Shown here: one piece after another, positions 26,248-34,971 of the stretch | Layout of the letters: each line of letters opens with the position of its first letter | Numbering within the stretch: the first letter of the stretch is position 1 | Assembly: GCA_965225085.1 (NCBI GenBank) | Contig: CBDDBE010000001.1 | Coordinates: forward strand, 65,641 to 129,640 | DNA from: an uncultured Candidatus Saccharibacteria bacterium | GTDB lineage: Bacteria; Patescibacteriota; Saccharimonadia; Saccharimonadales; EFPC-124 | Direction of reading: 5' to 3' | DNA length: 64,000 bases | Notes under the pieces: model-generated | Database searches by the model: none | What the model was told of the DNA's origin: nothing | Seen by the model: the letters and a program-made list of their open reading frames with translations, nothing else | Position numbers and translations under genes: made by a program

Positions 26248-26865
26248 CTAGCCTCTCAACTCCGCAATGACACGGGCGGGCGCTCCATCGACATCCAGCT
26301 TTATTGGCAGTGCGTAAATAGTAAACTCTTTGCCCGCTAGCATATCCAGATTGGTCAGGTTCTCAATAATAAGCACGTTACCACCAAGCAAGGCTTTGTG
26401 AATCGGAAAGTGATCGGTATTGTCTACGCTGCCTGCATCAACGCCAACCATCTTTACCTTGCACTCAACAAGATAATCGGCTACTTCTTCTGACATAACT
26501 GGGTAGTCCTCAAAATAGACCGGCTCGTGGTAATGCTCGCTCATGCCGGTGCGAAATAGTACAATATCACCTTCCTTAACGTTAGCCCGTTTCACGCTTT
26601 CAAGATCAAACTCTTTGTCGACTTCAATTATGTGGCCTCGGCCGACAAATTGTTCTGTTGGGACTTGATCTAACGTTTTGCCACCTGCAATCATGTGTAG
26701 TGGCGCATCAATATGCGTACCGACGTGAGTGTTGATCGAAATAACATGGTCGTTCCAGCCGTCACGATCAATAACACCAGCAGGTTCAATCTTAATCGCC
26801 GGATCGCCAGGATAGACGGGCGTTTGCTGATTGAGAGTTAGAGAAAGGTCGAGGATGGTATTCAT
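26248..26865 (-). CDS. Cyclase-family protein / putative kynurenine (aryl)formamidase
   Basis: Starts at ATG 26865 (MNTILDLS). HVGTHIDAPLH is a cyclase PF04199-type motif. There is an ATGA overlap with ridA. Confidence 0.75.
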   Translation of the reverse strand: MNTILDLSLTLNQQTPVYPGDPAIKIEPAGVIDRDGWNDHVISINTHVGTHIDAPLHMIAGGKTLDQVPTEQFVGRGHIIEVDKEFDLESVKRANVKEGDIVLFRTGMSEHYHEPVYFEDYPVMSEEVADYLVECKVKMVGVDAGSVDNTDHFPIHKALLGGNVLIIENLTNLDMLAGKEFTIYALPIKLDVDGAPARVIAELRG

Positions 26866-27239
26866 ACCTTCTCTGCGATCATACTTATTTCGATACTCGC
26901 ACCCAAAGGCAAAGCTTTTACGCATACTGCTTCACGCACCGGATATGGCTCTTTAAAGTAAGTCGGGTAAACTTTGTTGAGATCGGGCATTACGGCCATA
27001 TCGGTCACGTAGATAACAACCTTAACAATGTCATCCAGTGTCGCATCGGCCGCTTTCAGAATAGCGGCGATATTTTGCATGATCTGTGCAACTTTTTTCT
27101 CGGTTGTGTCGCCCACTAGTGTATTGTCCGGTAGTGCATGGATTTGACCGGCCACAAAGATAAAACCATTGCTTGCGAGTGCTTGCGACAGAAAGGCTGG
27201 TGCCCCTGGTGCTTCGTTAGTGGAGAATGCTTGTTTCAT
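26862..27239 (-). CDS. ridA: RidA/YjgF-family reactive intermediate deaminase
   Basis: 125 aa with FIFVAGQI...VKVVIYVTDM...PVREAVCVKALPLGASIEI, typical of YjgF/RidA. Confidence 0.85.
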   Translation of the reverse strand: MKQAFSTNEAPGAPAFLSQALASNGFIFVAGQIHALPDNTLVGDTTEKKVAQIMQNIAAILKAADATLDDIVKVVIYVTDMAVMPDLNKVYPTYFKEPYPVREAVCVKALPLGASIEISMIAEKV

Positions 27240-27315
27240 GCTCTAATAATACCCCGTTAGGTTCAAACAGCCTACGGTGAATCGGACCACTCAACAGGGG
27301 CAGCGCCCCAAACAA

Positions 27316-27349
27316 ATGTCCCCACAAGCTTTCGCCTGCGGGGACATTG
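27316..27349 (-). terminator. Hairpin plus T-tract downstream of tRNA-Glu
   Basis: On the minus strand it reads ATGTCCCC-N16-GGGGACAT followed by TTGTTTGG. Confidence 0.45.
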
Positions 27350-27387
27350 TGTCTGTAAGGTGTTTCGAGAACGCTTATTTTCCAAAA

Positions 27388-27462
27388 TGGTGACCCCGCG
27401 GAGAGTCGAACTCCGGTTGCCGGGATGAAAACCCGGTGTCTTGACCGCTGGACGACGGGGCC
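27388..27462 (-). tRNA. tRNA-Glu (anticodon UUC), CCA encoded
   Basis: The reverse complement is GGCCCCGTCGTCCAGCGGTCAAGACACCGGGTTTTCATCCCGGCAACCGGAGTTCGACTCTCCGCGGGGTCACCA. It has a 7-bp acceptor stem, the anticodon stem-loop CCGGG-TTTTCAT-CCCGG, and the T-arm GGAGTTCGACTCTCC. Confidence 0.9.
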
Positions 27463-27595
27463 AAAGTGGAGGGCATTGAATTTTATGCTGGCATAAAATT
27501 CAATGATCCGAACATTTGGGTCAATTTACGAAGTAAATTGGGGTCACGCTCATGCATGTTCATCAATTTGCACAATCGTAACAGATCAGATTTTA

Positions 27596-27629
27596 CCAAA
27601 AAAACTACCTCTTGGCTAGAGGTATGTAG
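27596..27629 (-). terminator. Rho-independent terminator of ORF 27695-28009
   Basis: On the minus strand it reads CTACATACCTCTAGCCAAGAGGTAGTTTTTTTGG, a stem followed by a T7 run. Confidence 0.6.
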
Positions 27630-27694
27630 CCGTTTGCTGGCGGGCGAAGCAAGAGAACCAAGATTCCCTCCACTTTACCCGCCAGAACGATCGG

Positions 27695-28009
27695 TCAGCT
27701 CCGCCGCCCAGAAAGGTGTCTGCCAGGAGGCACTTCCCAGTCCACGATACCCACTGGACTGGGACCTTTCTGCTGAGTAAACAGCCATGCGAGAGCTTCC
27801 TCGATTTCTCGAGTTGTGGGCCGGTATCTGAGTGCTTGGGGCGTGTACTCGTCGAACATCAGCAAAACTCGTTCGACAAGCTCGGTAGACGACAGCGGCC
27901 GTCGGGCGTCCTTGCGCGCCTTGGCTAGCGCTACGTAAACCTCAGTAATGAGGTGTGCGTCGGGACGAGCGACCAGCTCGGTGTGCCGGGGAGTTCGTAT
28001 ACTGCTCAC
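27695..28009 (-). CDS. Small hypothetical protein
   Basis: 104-aa orphan in a G+C-rich patch downstream of umuC. No motif recognised. Confidence 0.4.
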   Translation of the reverse strand: MSSIRTPRHTELVARPDAHLITEVYVALAKARKDARRPLSSTELVERVLLMFDEYTPQALRYRPTTREIEEALAWLFTQQKGPSPVGIVDWEVPPGRHLSGRRS

Positions 28010-28173
28010 AAGCCAGAACCTTTCTATGGCAGGTGCTAACTCTGATCGTTTACCTATACCTAAGATTTGGCGCGGTACGGTATTTATATAATATCAAAAG
28101 TATAGTTCGTGCGAAAGGATGTATCGAGGGCGGGTACTCGGATGGCTTTGAAGGCCAACCTTTCCCCGCCCGA

Positions 28174-28527
28174 CTATGAACCGCCCATCTCAACTACCGT
28201 GAGGGCGTGACCGATCATGTCCTGCACGGTCCTACTGAAGACGGGTACACCGAAATGACTCTGGACCTCTGCGGCAACGAGCTCGATGAAATGGCCGAAC
28301 GAAAGTCGGTCCGATACGCAACGCGCTCGGACAACCCTTACTAGATCTACGAGTTGACCCGGGACGACAATCGCCCCCTGCAGGTCAACCCCAGGATCTG
28401 TTCCCGCCTCCATGACCACAATCCGCCTACGATGCCTGGGCGACACGACGTCTCTCTTTCTCTCGCTAGGTGAAATCCTCATTCGCGGCCAACACAAAAA
28501 GGGCCACGAGATGTAGCAGATTACCAC
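28174..28527 (-). CDS. Small hypothetical protein (start uncertain)
   Basis: Orphan ORF. Plausible internal starts are at 28482 (MRISPSE) or 28413 (MEAGTDPG). Confidence 0.35.
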   Translation of the reverse strand: MVICYISWPFLCWPRMRISPSERKRDVVSPRHRRRIVVMEAGTDPGVDLQGAIVVPGQLVDLVRVVRARCVSDRLSFGHFIELVAAEVQSHFGVPVFSRTVQDMIGHALTVVEMGGS

Positions 28528-28547
28528 ACTTACCGCAATCGGTCAAT

Positions 28548-29816
28548 CTACCCCACCCTCGGCAGGTCGTGCCAATTGGTCGTATACGCCGGGCTGCGGC
28601 GTTCGTGCTTGCTGTGCCAGTCGATGCGGCGAATATGCTCGCTGCCGTGGCGAATAAGCCGGGTATTATACTTGGCATTCAACCGGTCGACCGATTTCAT
28701 GAGCGTTGCTTGCTTATCCAACTGGGATGCATCGTGCATCAGCGACAATTGCCAGGCCTGTTCGGAAGCTAGCCCGACCAGCGCTATGCCGGCGCGTTTG
28801 TAGGCAAAATCGGCATCGTAGATCAGCTGCAATCCCCCAAGCGCCGCCGCGATTAACGCCCCCGTGTCAGCGGTAGGTTGACCCAACCGCACCACCGTTG
28901 ACGCTCCCCGACCCGCTTCGAAGTTATGCGGGGTCCGCAGGAATACCATCACACCGGTGGCAACTTCGTGCTGCTCCCGCAATTTTACCGCCGCCTGCGC
29001 GGCAAATGTAGCCACCGCGCCCTCCAACTGATAATAATCGCGAACATTGTGACCAAATGACCTCGTACGCATGATTGACTGTTGCGGTTCAACCTCAGAT
29101 TGCAATGGCAAACAGCTCTCGCCTTTCAGCTCGCGCACCGTCCTGAGGCCGCGAATCGACATCTGTTGCTGGACCCATACCTCGCTGACTTGCGTCAGAT
29201 CGTACGCCGTCGAAACGCCACGCTGCAGAAGCTTGGGCGCCAACGCCCGCCCGACGCCCCACACATCGCCGACGGCTAGCCAGCGGAGCAACTCTTCCCT
29301 GTTTTCATCTGTTACTACCAACACACCGCGCGAATTGGCCGTCTTCTTGGCATGTTCCGATGCAGCCTTGGCTAACGTCTTGGTTGGGGCAATGCCAATC
29401 GATACCGGAATGCCAGTCCACTGCAAAATTCGCTGTCGCAGCTCAGCCGCCCAGGCTTCGTAATTTTCAATCGGCAGATGTGATATTTCTAGGAAGGATT
29501 CGTCAACGGAATACACTTCGATCAGCGGTGCGGCGTCAGCCAGAATTCGAACGACGCGCTGGGAAAAGTCTCCGTACAGTCGAAAATTCGCCGAAAATAG
29601 CGTCACATCCTTGCCCTTCATCAGATGCTCTATCTGGAATAGCGGTGCGCCCATCGGTACTCCCATGGCCTTGACCTCATTGCTGCGCGCCACAATACAG
29701 GCGTCGTTATTGCTCAGCACCGCGACTGGCCTATTCCACAAATCAGGCCGGAATACCCGCTCGCAGCTCACAAAGAAGTTATTGCAGTCGATAAGGGCAA
29801 AAATTGGTGCGCTCAT
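28548..29816 (-). CDS. umuC: Y-family translesion DNA polymerase (UmuC-like)
   Basis: Starts at ATG 29816: MSAPIFALIDCNNFFVSCERVF...VLSNNDACIVARS...YSVDESFLE. These are UmuC/DinB-type motifs. The upstream extension of the tracked ORF is unlikely. Confidence 0.85.
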   Translation of the reverse strand: MSAPIFALIDCNNFFVSCERVFRPDLWNRPVAVLSNNDACIVARSNEVKAMGVPMGAPLFQIEHLMKGKDVTLFSANFRLYGDFSQRVVRILADAAPLIEVYSVDESFLEISHLPIENYEAWAAELRQRILQWTGIPVSIGIAPTKTLAKAASEHAKKTANSRGVLVVTDENREELLRWLAVGDVWGVGRALAPKLLQRGVSTAYDLTQVSEVWVQQQMSIRGLRTVRELKGESCLPLQSEVEPQQSIMRTRSFGHNVRDYYQLEGAVATFAAQAAVKLREQHEVATGVMVFLRTPHNFEAGRGASTVVRLGQPTADTGALIAAALGGLQLIYDADFAYKRAGIALVGLASEQAWQLSLMHDASQLDKQATLMKSVDRLNAKYNTRLIRHGSEHIRRIDWHSKHERRSPAYTTNWHDLPRVG

Positions 29817-29947
29817 GCTAGGACCCTTACTCGAGTAGGCTTGATGCTCCAAAAGGACTGGGGTCCTGTCGTCCGGTCCGCCCCTTCTTTTGTCCTTGCC
29901 CTGGCTGCGGTCAAAAGTGGGTGCTGCCCCGCCGAACGCCACCCCAC

Positions 29948-30361
29948 TTACTTCCTCACCTGATGAACGACGAACGTTACGACACCCCACAGCATCGCAT
30001 CCGTCGCCTCGTGCAGCGCAATTGGCGGATAGCCAGGGTGTTCGGCAACCAGCCATGCTTCCGCACCCTGTTTCTTCAGGCGCTTCAGCGTAAAGTCGCC
30101 ATCGACCGCGGCCACCACAATATCGCCCGAACGCGCCTCAAGTGACTTATCGACCACCACCAGATCGCCAGAGGTAATGCCAGCGCCGGTCATCGAGTCA
30201 CCCTCGACTCGCAAATAGTAGGTACTGACGGGTCGCTTTACCAGATATTCATTGAGGTCAAGCGCAAACCCGCCCGCTTCTTCGGCGGGGTTGGGAAAGC
30301 CAGCGCGGACGGGGCTGATCATCAGGTGTGGGAGGTGTTTTTGAGCCATTTCGTCATCCAT
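29948..30361 (-). CDS. umuD: S24 peptidase, UmuD-like (LexA-type autoprotease)
   Basis: An RAGFPNPA cleavage-type region, EGDSMTGAGI (Ser) and FTLKRL (Lys) are present. Starts at ATG 30361 (or 30349). Confidence 0.8.
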   Translation of the reverse strand: MDDEMAQKHLPHLMISPVRAGFPNPAEEAGGFALDLNEYLVKRPVSTYYLRVEGDSMTGAGITSGDLVVVDKSLEARSGDIVVAAVDGDFTLKRLKKQGAEAWLVAEHPGYPPIALHEATDAMLWGVVTFVVHQVRK

Positions 30362-30383
30362 TATAAAACTTCTTGCACCTCTA

Positions 30384-30435
30384 TAACATATGTAATAAAC
30401 ATAAGGATAATATTGCTTTTTACGCACATATGTGT
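30384..30435. promoter_or_regulatory. Two ACATATGT-core palindromes (Cheo/SOS-box-like) in the umuD upstream region
   Basis: TAACATATGTAA (30384-30395) and GCACATATGTGT (30424-30435) can be compared with the Gram-positive LexA box GAAC-N4-GTTC, for example CGAACATATGTTCG. Confidence 0.3.
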
Positions 30436-30471
30436 TAATGTATATACCGATCTACCTGTGAGGAGGATTTT

Positions 30472-31863
30472 ATGAAGTTTTTGCGTCGTTTTCTTAACCA
30501 TACTCGATACGTTAGTAATAACGCAGTTTTAGCTGCTACCCTATTTGCAGGCCTAACTGGTGTTGTGCTGGGCTTTTCAACGCTCAGCCCCGCCACCTCT
30601 GTTGGTGCTACTGCCTGTAAAACCAATAACATTATGCCTTGTGGCGCCGCATCGGTGAGCGAATTTATCACCAAGTACGGCCAAAACACGCCCGGCGACT
30701 ATACTGCCATCTATCAATCCTATGGCCTTGCGCCAAGTGATATCGACCGATTTGGCCGAACTGCCCAAATGGGCATGGCTAACCGCGACGGTACCATCAC
30801 CCTGGGCGGCAAAGTTGTTGCCACCAATGCCAGCAACCTTGGCCGTGAGCGCCGCTCGTATTCGACGCCAGTGACTATTGCTGGCAAGCCCTACTATTCT
30901 GACCCGAACAAAATCGACTTCCTGTCGAACATTCCTGTGATGGTTATGATGAATGGCGACCAGTTCCAGTTTGCCGCCATGACTATCTGTGGCAACCCCG
31001 TCAAGGGCACGCCAACCGGCCAGGCACCACAATACAGCTGTAATATGCTGCACCCTCAGCAAATTGACCGTACGACATTCAACTTCACAACCGATGCAAC
31101 TGCCTTGCACGGGGCAACCGTTACCAAGCTAGTCTATGACTTTGGCGACGGCACATCACAGACCGCTGCAAATGGCAGCCAGGTCGTCACCCACAAGTAT
31201 GCCAAAGATGGCAGCTTTACTACCCGAGTAACGGTATACGTCGCCGTTAACGGCAGCACCGTACCAGTTACCGGCGCACAGTGTGCCAAGCCTATCGAGG
31301 TTAAGCCCGTTCCAGTTCCTCCGAAGCCTCCTGTTACGCCCGCATTCGCGTGTAGCCAACTACAGACCCTGACTATCGACAAGACAAACCGCACCTACCG
31401 CTTCGTTGCAACCACCGCTCAGAGTGGTGGCGCAACCCTGAAGGACGCCAACTTCGACTTTGGTGACCACCAGTCTATTGCCGGCGTCAAGCCAAGCGAC
31501 GACCGCACAGTCATGAGCGAACACACGTACGCTCAAGCTGGCACATACACCATCGTCGCAACCGTCGACTTCGACGTAGCTGGCTCAGTAAAGAGCGACA
31601 CCTGCAAAACCCACGTCAGTCCCGAGCAAACTCCTCCTGCTGAGTGTAAGCCCGGCATTCCTGTCGGCGACAGCCGCTGTACCGAGTGCAAGCCTGGCGT
31701 ACCAGCTGGCAGCAAGGAATGTGCTCCCGTTCCCGAACTGCCTAACACCAGCGGCATAAGCCTTGGCGGTGCAGCAGTCGGCGGCACGGGCATCTTCTCG
31801 GCTAGCTCATACTTTCTGCGAGCTCGTCGCAACCTTCGCGGCAGCTTCCGCATCAATCGCTAG
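30472..31863 (+). CDS. Secreted PKD-repeat surface protein with an LPNTSG sorting signal
   Basis: The ribosome-binding site GAGGAGG is present. It has an N-terminal signal and PKD-like units (YDFGDGTSQ...HKYAKDGSFTTRVTV; FDFGDHQS...HTYAQAGTYTIVATV). The C-terminus has LPNTSG, then a hydrophobic stretch, then RARRNLRGSFRINR. Confidence 0.75.
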   Translation: MKFLRRFLNHTRYVSNNAVLAATLFAGLTGVVLGFSTLSPATSVGATACKTNNIMPCGAASVSEFITKYGQNTPGDYTAIYQSYGLAPSDIDRFGRTAQMGMANRDGTITLGGKVVATNASNLGRERRSYSTPVTIAGKPYYSDPNKIDFLSNIPVMVMMNGDQFQFAAMTICGNPVKGTPTGQAPQYSCNMLHPQQIDRTTFNFTTDATALHGATVTKLVYDFGDGTSQTAANGSQVVTHKYAKDGSFTTRVTVYVAVNGSTVPVTGAQCAKPIEVKPVPVPPKPPVTPAFACSQLQTLTIDKTNRTYRFVATTAQSGGATLKDANFDFGDHQSIAGVKPSDDRTVMSEHTYAQAGTYTIVATVDFDVAGSVKSDTCKTHVSPEQTPPAECKPGIPVGDSRCTECKPGVPAGSKECAPVPELPNTSGISLGGAAVGGTGIFSASSYFLRARRNLRGSFRINR

Positions 31864-31881
31864 ATAATTCCTACCTTTTGC

Positions 31882-31914
31882 AAATAGCCACCATGCCGGT
31901 GGCTATTTGTTTTG
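31882..31914 (+). terminator. Rho-independent terminator
   Basis: AAATAGCCACC-ATGCC-GGTGGCTATTT is followed by GTTTTG. Confidence 0.7.
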
Positions 31915-31974
31915 CGTTCGTGGATCAGGCTCTTGCTGCGCCCCAAGGTCGGGACGCAGCAAGAGGGCGCGTGT

Positions 31975-32235
31975 CTAGCTCTCGCACTTGTCAGCTTCGG
32001 TGATGCTGCTCAGGATATCGAGTATCTTCGCCGGCAGGCCCTCGACAAACAGCCCGGCGGCCGTCAGGTCACCGACCAAGGGCACTATCAATCGATTCCG
32101 AGGATACGTCGCGCCGGTGCGCGCATCACAGAACCGATAGCAGAGGGCAACGACCTTTTCCGAAAGCTTGCTCCCGATATCAAACTCATCAAGCTGCTCC
32201 TGGGTGGGTATCGTGACTTCCGGAGAGTGGTGCAT
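31975..32235 (-). CDS. Small hypothetical protein
   Basis: The internal ATG 32235 (MHHSPEVTIPTQEQL...) is preceded by GAAGGG. The opposite-strand ORF 31912-32358 looks like non-coding translation. Confidence 0.35.
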   Translation of the reverse strand: MHHSPEVTIPTQEQLDEFDIGSKLSEKVVALCYRFCDARTGATYPRNRLIVPLVGDLTAAGLFVEGLPAKILDILSSITEADKCES

Positions 32236-32336
32236 TGTAGTAAGTCCCTTCTCAAAGAACCTCGATCGCAGACGGTTTGGCTGCAGACGCATACGATTAT
32301 GCCACGCCACGCTTGCTACGGGCAATACCAAAGTAT

Positions 32337-32621
32337 CTATTCTTGGAATGGATTCTGACGCGCTTGGTTGAAGAGCGACCTGACGTTCACGCTGTTATCC
32401 TGCAGCTGCTTGATTTTGTTCACGGTGGCCTGGTCGATGCGCGGCTGAGCGACAGCCGTTGCCGAGGATATAGCGTTCTTGTCCGGTTGTGCATCCAGAT
32501 AGCCTGCCAGTCGAAACAGAATGATTCCATATATAACCAGTACCACTCCGACAAACAGGGCGCTACGGAAGCGCAAAAGTTGCTTCAAAAACTGCAATCC
32601 GATCTGGATTATCCTATTCAT
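32337..32621 (-). CDS. Small membrane protein at the distal end of the pilMNO operon
   Basis: 94 aa with one TM segment (ALFVGVVLVIYGIILF). A 4-nt overlap with pilO suggests co-translation with the pilus genes. Confidence 0.5.
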   Translation of the reverse strand: MNRIIQIGLQFLKQLLRFRSALFVGVVLVIYGIILFRLAGYLDAQPDKNAISSATAVAQPRIDQATVNKIKQLQDNSVNVRSLFNQARQNPFQE

Positions 32622-33214
32622 GGCTTTATAAACTCGTTTACGACCAGCGTGAATGCAACTTGACTGGCATTTTTAGGATCCGGCTGAATGGTAATGCTTG
32701 TCACTTGGGCGGTTCGACGATTCTGTTCCAGCTTGGCCAGGAAACTCGCAAAGCTAGAGTACGTCACCGGCGTCGCGCTGGATTGGCTAATGGTGATCTG
32801 CAGCTGATACACGCCCGATATTCCCGTCACCGGCGTCACCTGGGTCAAGCCGCCTCCAGCCTTGGCGTGCGCTCCGCCCAAAGTTGACGGCGGGAACGAG
32901 ATAGAACTGAGCTGCGATATGCCGCTTTGATTCGCCAGATTGACAATCTCTTGCACCGCGGCCGCCTGGTTCTTGTCCTGCGGAACGACAGTCCTGGCAA
33001 TGCCATTGAGGTCGGCATAGGCCGCAATGTCCCTTTTGTCCCGGGCGAGCAACGTTTGGCTTTCAGTCGCCGCCTGTTGCTGAGCCTTAAGGTCTACCAG
33101 CTGTTTGGACTTGGCCGCAAACATACCGCTAGTCAGATGCATAGCCTCAAGTAGTCCAACGCCCAACAGCACCAATAGGCCAATAAGTACAAAGTACAGC
33201 TTTCGGCTATTCAT
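32618..33214 (-). CDS. pilO: Type IV pilus assembly protein PilO-like
   Basis: It has an N-terminal TM segment, a coiled-coil and a small C-terminal domain. It follows pilN with an overlapping stop and start. Confidence 0.6.
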   Translation of the reverse strand: MNSRKLYFVLIGLLVLLGVGLLEAMHLTSGMFAAKSKQLVDLKAQQQAATESQTLLARDKRDIAAYADLNGIARTVVPQDKNQAAAVQEIVNLANQSGISQLSSISFPPSTLGGAHAKAGGGLTQVTPVTGISGVYQLQITISQSSATPVTYSSFASFLAKLEQNRRTAQVTSITIQPDPKNASQVAFTLVVNEFIKP

Positions 33215-33822
33215 TACGATTTGCCTCCAGGGTTGCTAGCGTTGATGAATAGGAATGGATTGCTCTGAGTGAACTGGGCTTGAATGTCGATAGTGCACGG
33301 GTATTTAGGATTGGTAATGGCTGTGCCGGTAGCACAGGTAATGCTCACGATGTCTGCTTTGGAAAATATCTGATTGCCGGGGTCGGTCAGATTGGCCTGC
33401 AGCTGAGCGGCAGAATTGTACGAGCCAGATTGGGCGATAAGATCCATGCCGGTTTGAGTTTGATCGATTGTCAGATTAGTGAGGACTACATCTGACGGCG
33501 TAATGCTACCTAGCCGCGAGAGTAGTTTAGAGAACAATATCTCCTTGGACAATACCTGTACCATCAGCTTGAGGTTGTTAGAGATATCAGTAACCTGTTT
33601 TTTCACGCCAGTAATGTTCTCGCGGGCTAGCTGCGCCTGGGCCACATCAACCTGCGTTTTATACGTGCCGATCGATCCGTTGAAGATAGTGAGTCCCACT
33701 AGCGCCAAAACTCCTATGCCCGCCATGGCGACGCCACACGCTGCCAGCCAATTTACCAAACGGTAATTACGGCGAGCGTACTGATAGTCAAGCTTGAGCT
33801 CGGGTGGCAACAGATTTATCAT
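33214..33822 (-). CDS. pilN: Type IV pilus assembly protein PilN
   Basis: It has the MINLLPPE N-terminus typical of PilN/fimbrial assembly proteins and a single TM segment. It lies between pilM and pilO. Confidence 0.72.
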   Translation of the reverse strand: MINLLPPELKLDYQYARRNYRLVNWLAACGVAMAGIGVLALVGLTIFNGSIGTYKTQVDVAQAQLARENITGVKKQVTDISNNLKLMVQVLSKEILFSKLLSRLGSITPSDVVLTNLTIDQTQTGMDLIAQSGSYNSAAQLQANLTDPGNQIFSKADIVSITCATGTAITNPKYPCTIDIQAQFTQSNPFLFINASNPGGKS

Positions 33823-34898
33823 GCAAATACCTCTGCCGGGTTTATCACAGCTAGACCAGTTGCGGTCGCATACGACATACGATCAGCATAAAATGACGGC
33901 ATATGCCCAAAATCAATATATTCCGACGGGTCAAAGGCTCGGGCGGACAACTTGAGATCTTTGGCAAAGTAGTCGGTCAGCCCTGGCATGTTGGCGCCAC
34001 CGCCCATGATGACTACTTGGCCTATCGGTTCATCCTTGGCGTAGCGCTGCTCGTAGTATCGAATTGTACGCCGAATTTCCTTTAGTAGGAGTGCCAGGGG
34101 CGCTTCGACAGCGGCGGTTATTTGTTTGTGGAAAACACTCTCGGCCAGACCATATTTGCTCTTCAGCATAAGCGCCTCGCTGGGCGTTACGCGCAGAGCT
34201 CTAGCGATCGCCACCGACACATCGTCACCGCCAGATGGCACCGTTCCGGTCACGACCAGCCCTCGGTTGAAAATAGTAATATCCGTCGTTGTAGTGTCGA
34301 TATCGACCAGCACAGAGGGCACTTTGGCGCTCTGCCTGTCATGGGTATATAGATGTGCGCTGGCACCAATAGTGGTGTCGAACAGGATGGGCTCCAGTCC
34401 CATCAGGCGAGCAAGCGCCAGATGCGAGTCCACCACTTCCCTCGGCATGGCAACCATAAATATCTCGAGGCCCTCTTCACTTTCGCGCAAGGTCGTGTAG
34501 TCCAGATAACTGTTGTCTTTCTGGATGGGAATATACTGCGCGGCTTCAGCCTTGACTGCGTCGTCAATGTCCTTGCGGCTGAGCTTCGGCAATTGCAGGG
34601 CACGAGTGAGAGCGCGATATGACGGCAAGGAAACCGCGACACGTTTGGTCGTGATCTCACCAATAAGTTCTTTGCTGAACAGCTTGAAGGCAGCCTTAGC
34701 GATGACCTCGGGGGCTGCTATGACACCATGCTCAATAGCACCAGGATCGAACCCTATCGAACCGTAACCCCTCAATCGAGGTTTCTGACCTTTAATCAGA
34801 TCCACCTGGACAACGCGCAATTCGCCATCGCCGATATCGAGACCAAACAAAGGCTGGTCGCCGAAAAGCAATGGCTTTGTCTCTACTTTGGTCTTCAT
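33819..34898 (-). CDS. pilM: Type IV pilus assembly ATPase-fold protein PilM
   Basis: 359 aa with an actin-like fold. LFGLDIGDGELRVVQV and VDIDTTTTDITIF are phosphate-binding-type motifs. Confidence 0.85.
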   Translation of the reverse strand: MKTKVETKPLLFGDQPLFGLDIGDGELRVVQVDLIKGQKPRLRGYGSIGFDPGAIEHGVIAAPEVIAKAAFKLFSKELIGEITTKRVAVSLPSYRALTRALQLPKLSRKDIDDAVKAEAAQYIPIQKDNSYLDYTTLRESEEGLEIFMVAMPREVVDSHLALARLMGLEPILFDTTIGASAHLYTHDRQSAKVPSVLVDIDTTTTDITIFNRGLVVTGTVPSGGDDVSVAIARALRVTPSEALMLKSKYGLAESVFHKQITAAVEAPLALLLKEIRRTIRYYEQRYAKDEPIGQVVIMGGGANMPGLTDYFAKDLKLSARAFDPSEYIDFGHMPSFYADRMSYATATGLAVINPAEVFA

Positions 34899-34971
34899 AC
34901 CCTCACCTAACCATAACTGGAATATGACAAAAGTATAGCATTAATATAGCCGCGAGGGAATAACGTTTGCG

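Noticed and set aside
31912-32358. 148-aa plus-strand ORF downstream of the PKD protein gene
   Set aside because: It starts inside the terminator region of the previous gene and has a junk-like sequence. The minus-strand 86-aa ORF with a GAAGGG ribosome-binding site is slightly more plausible.
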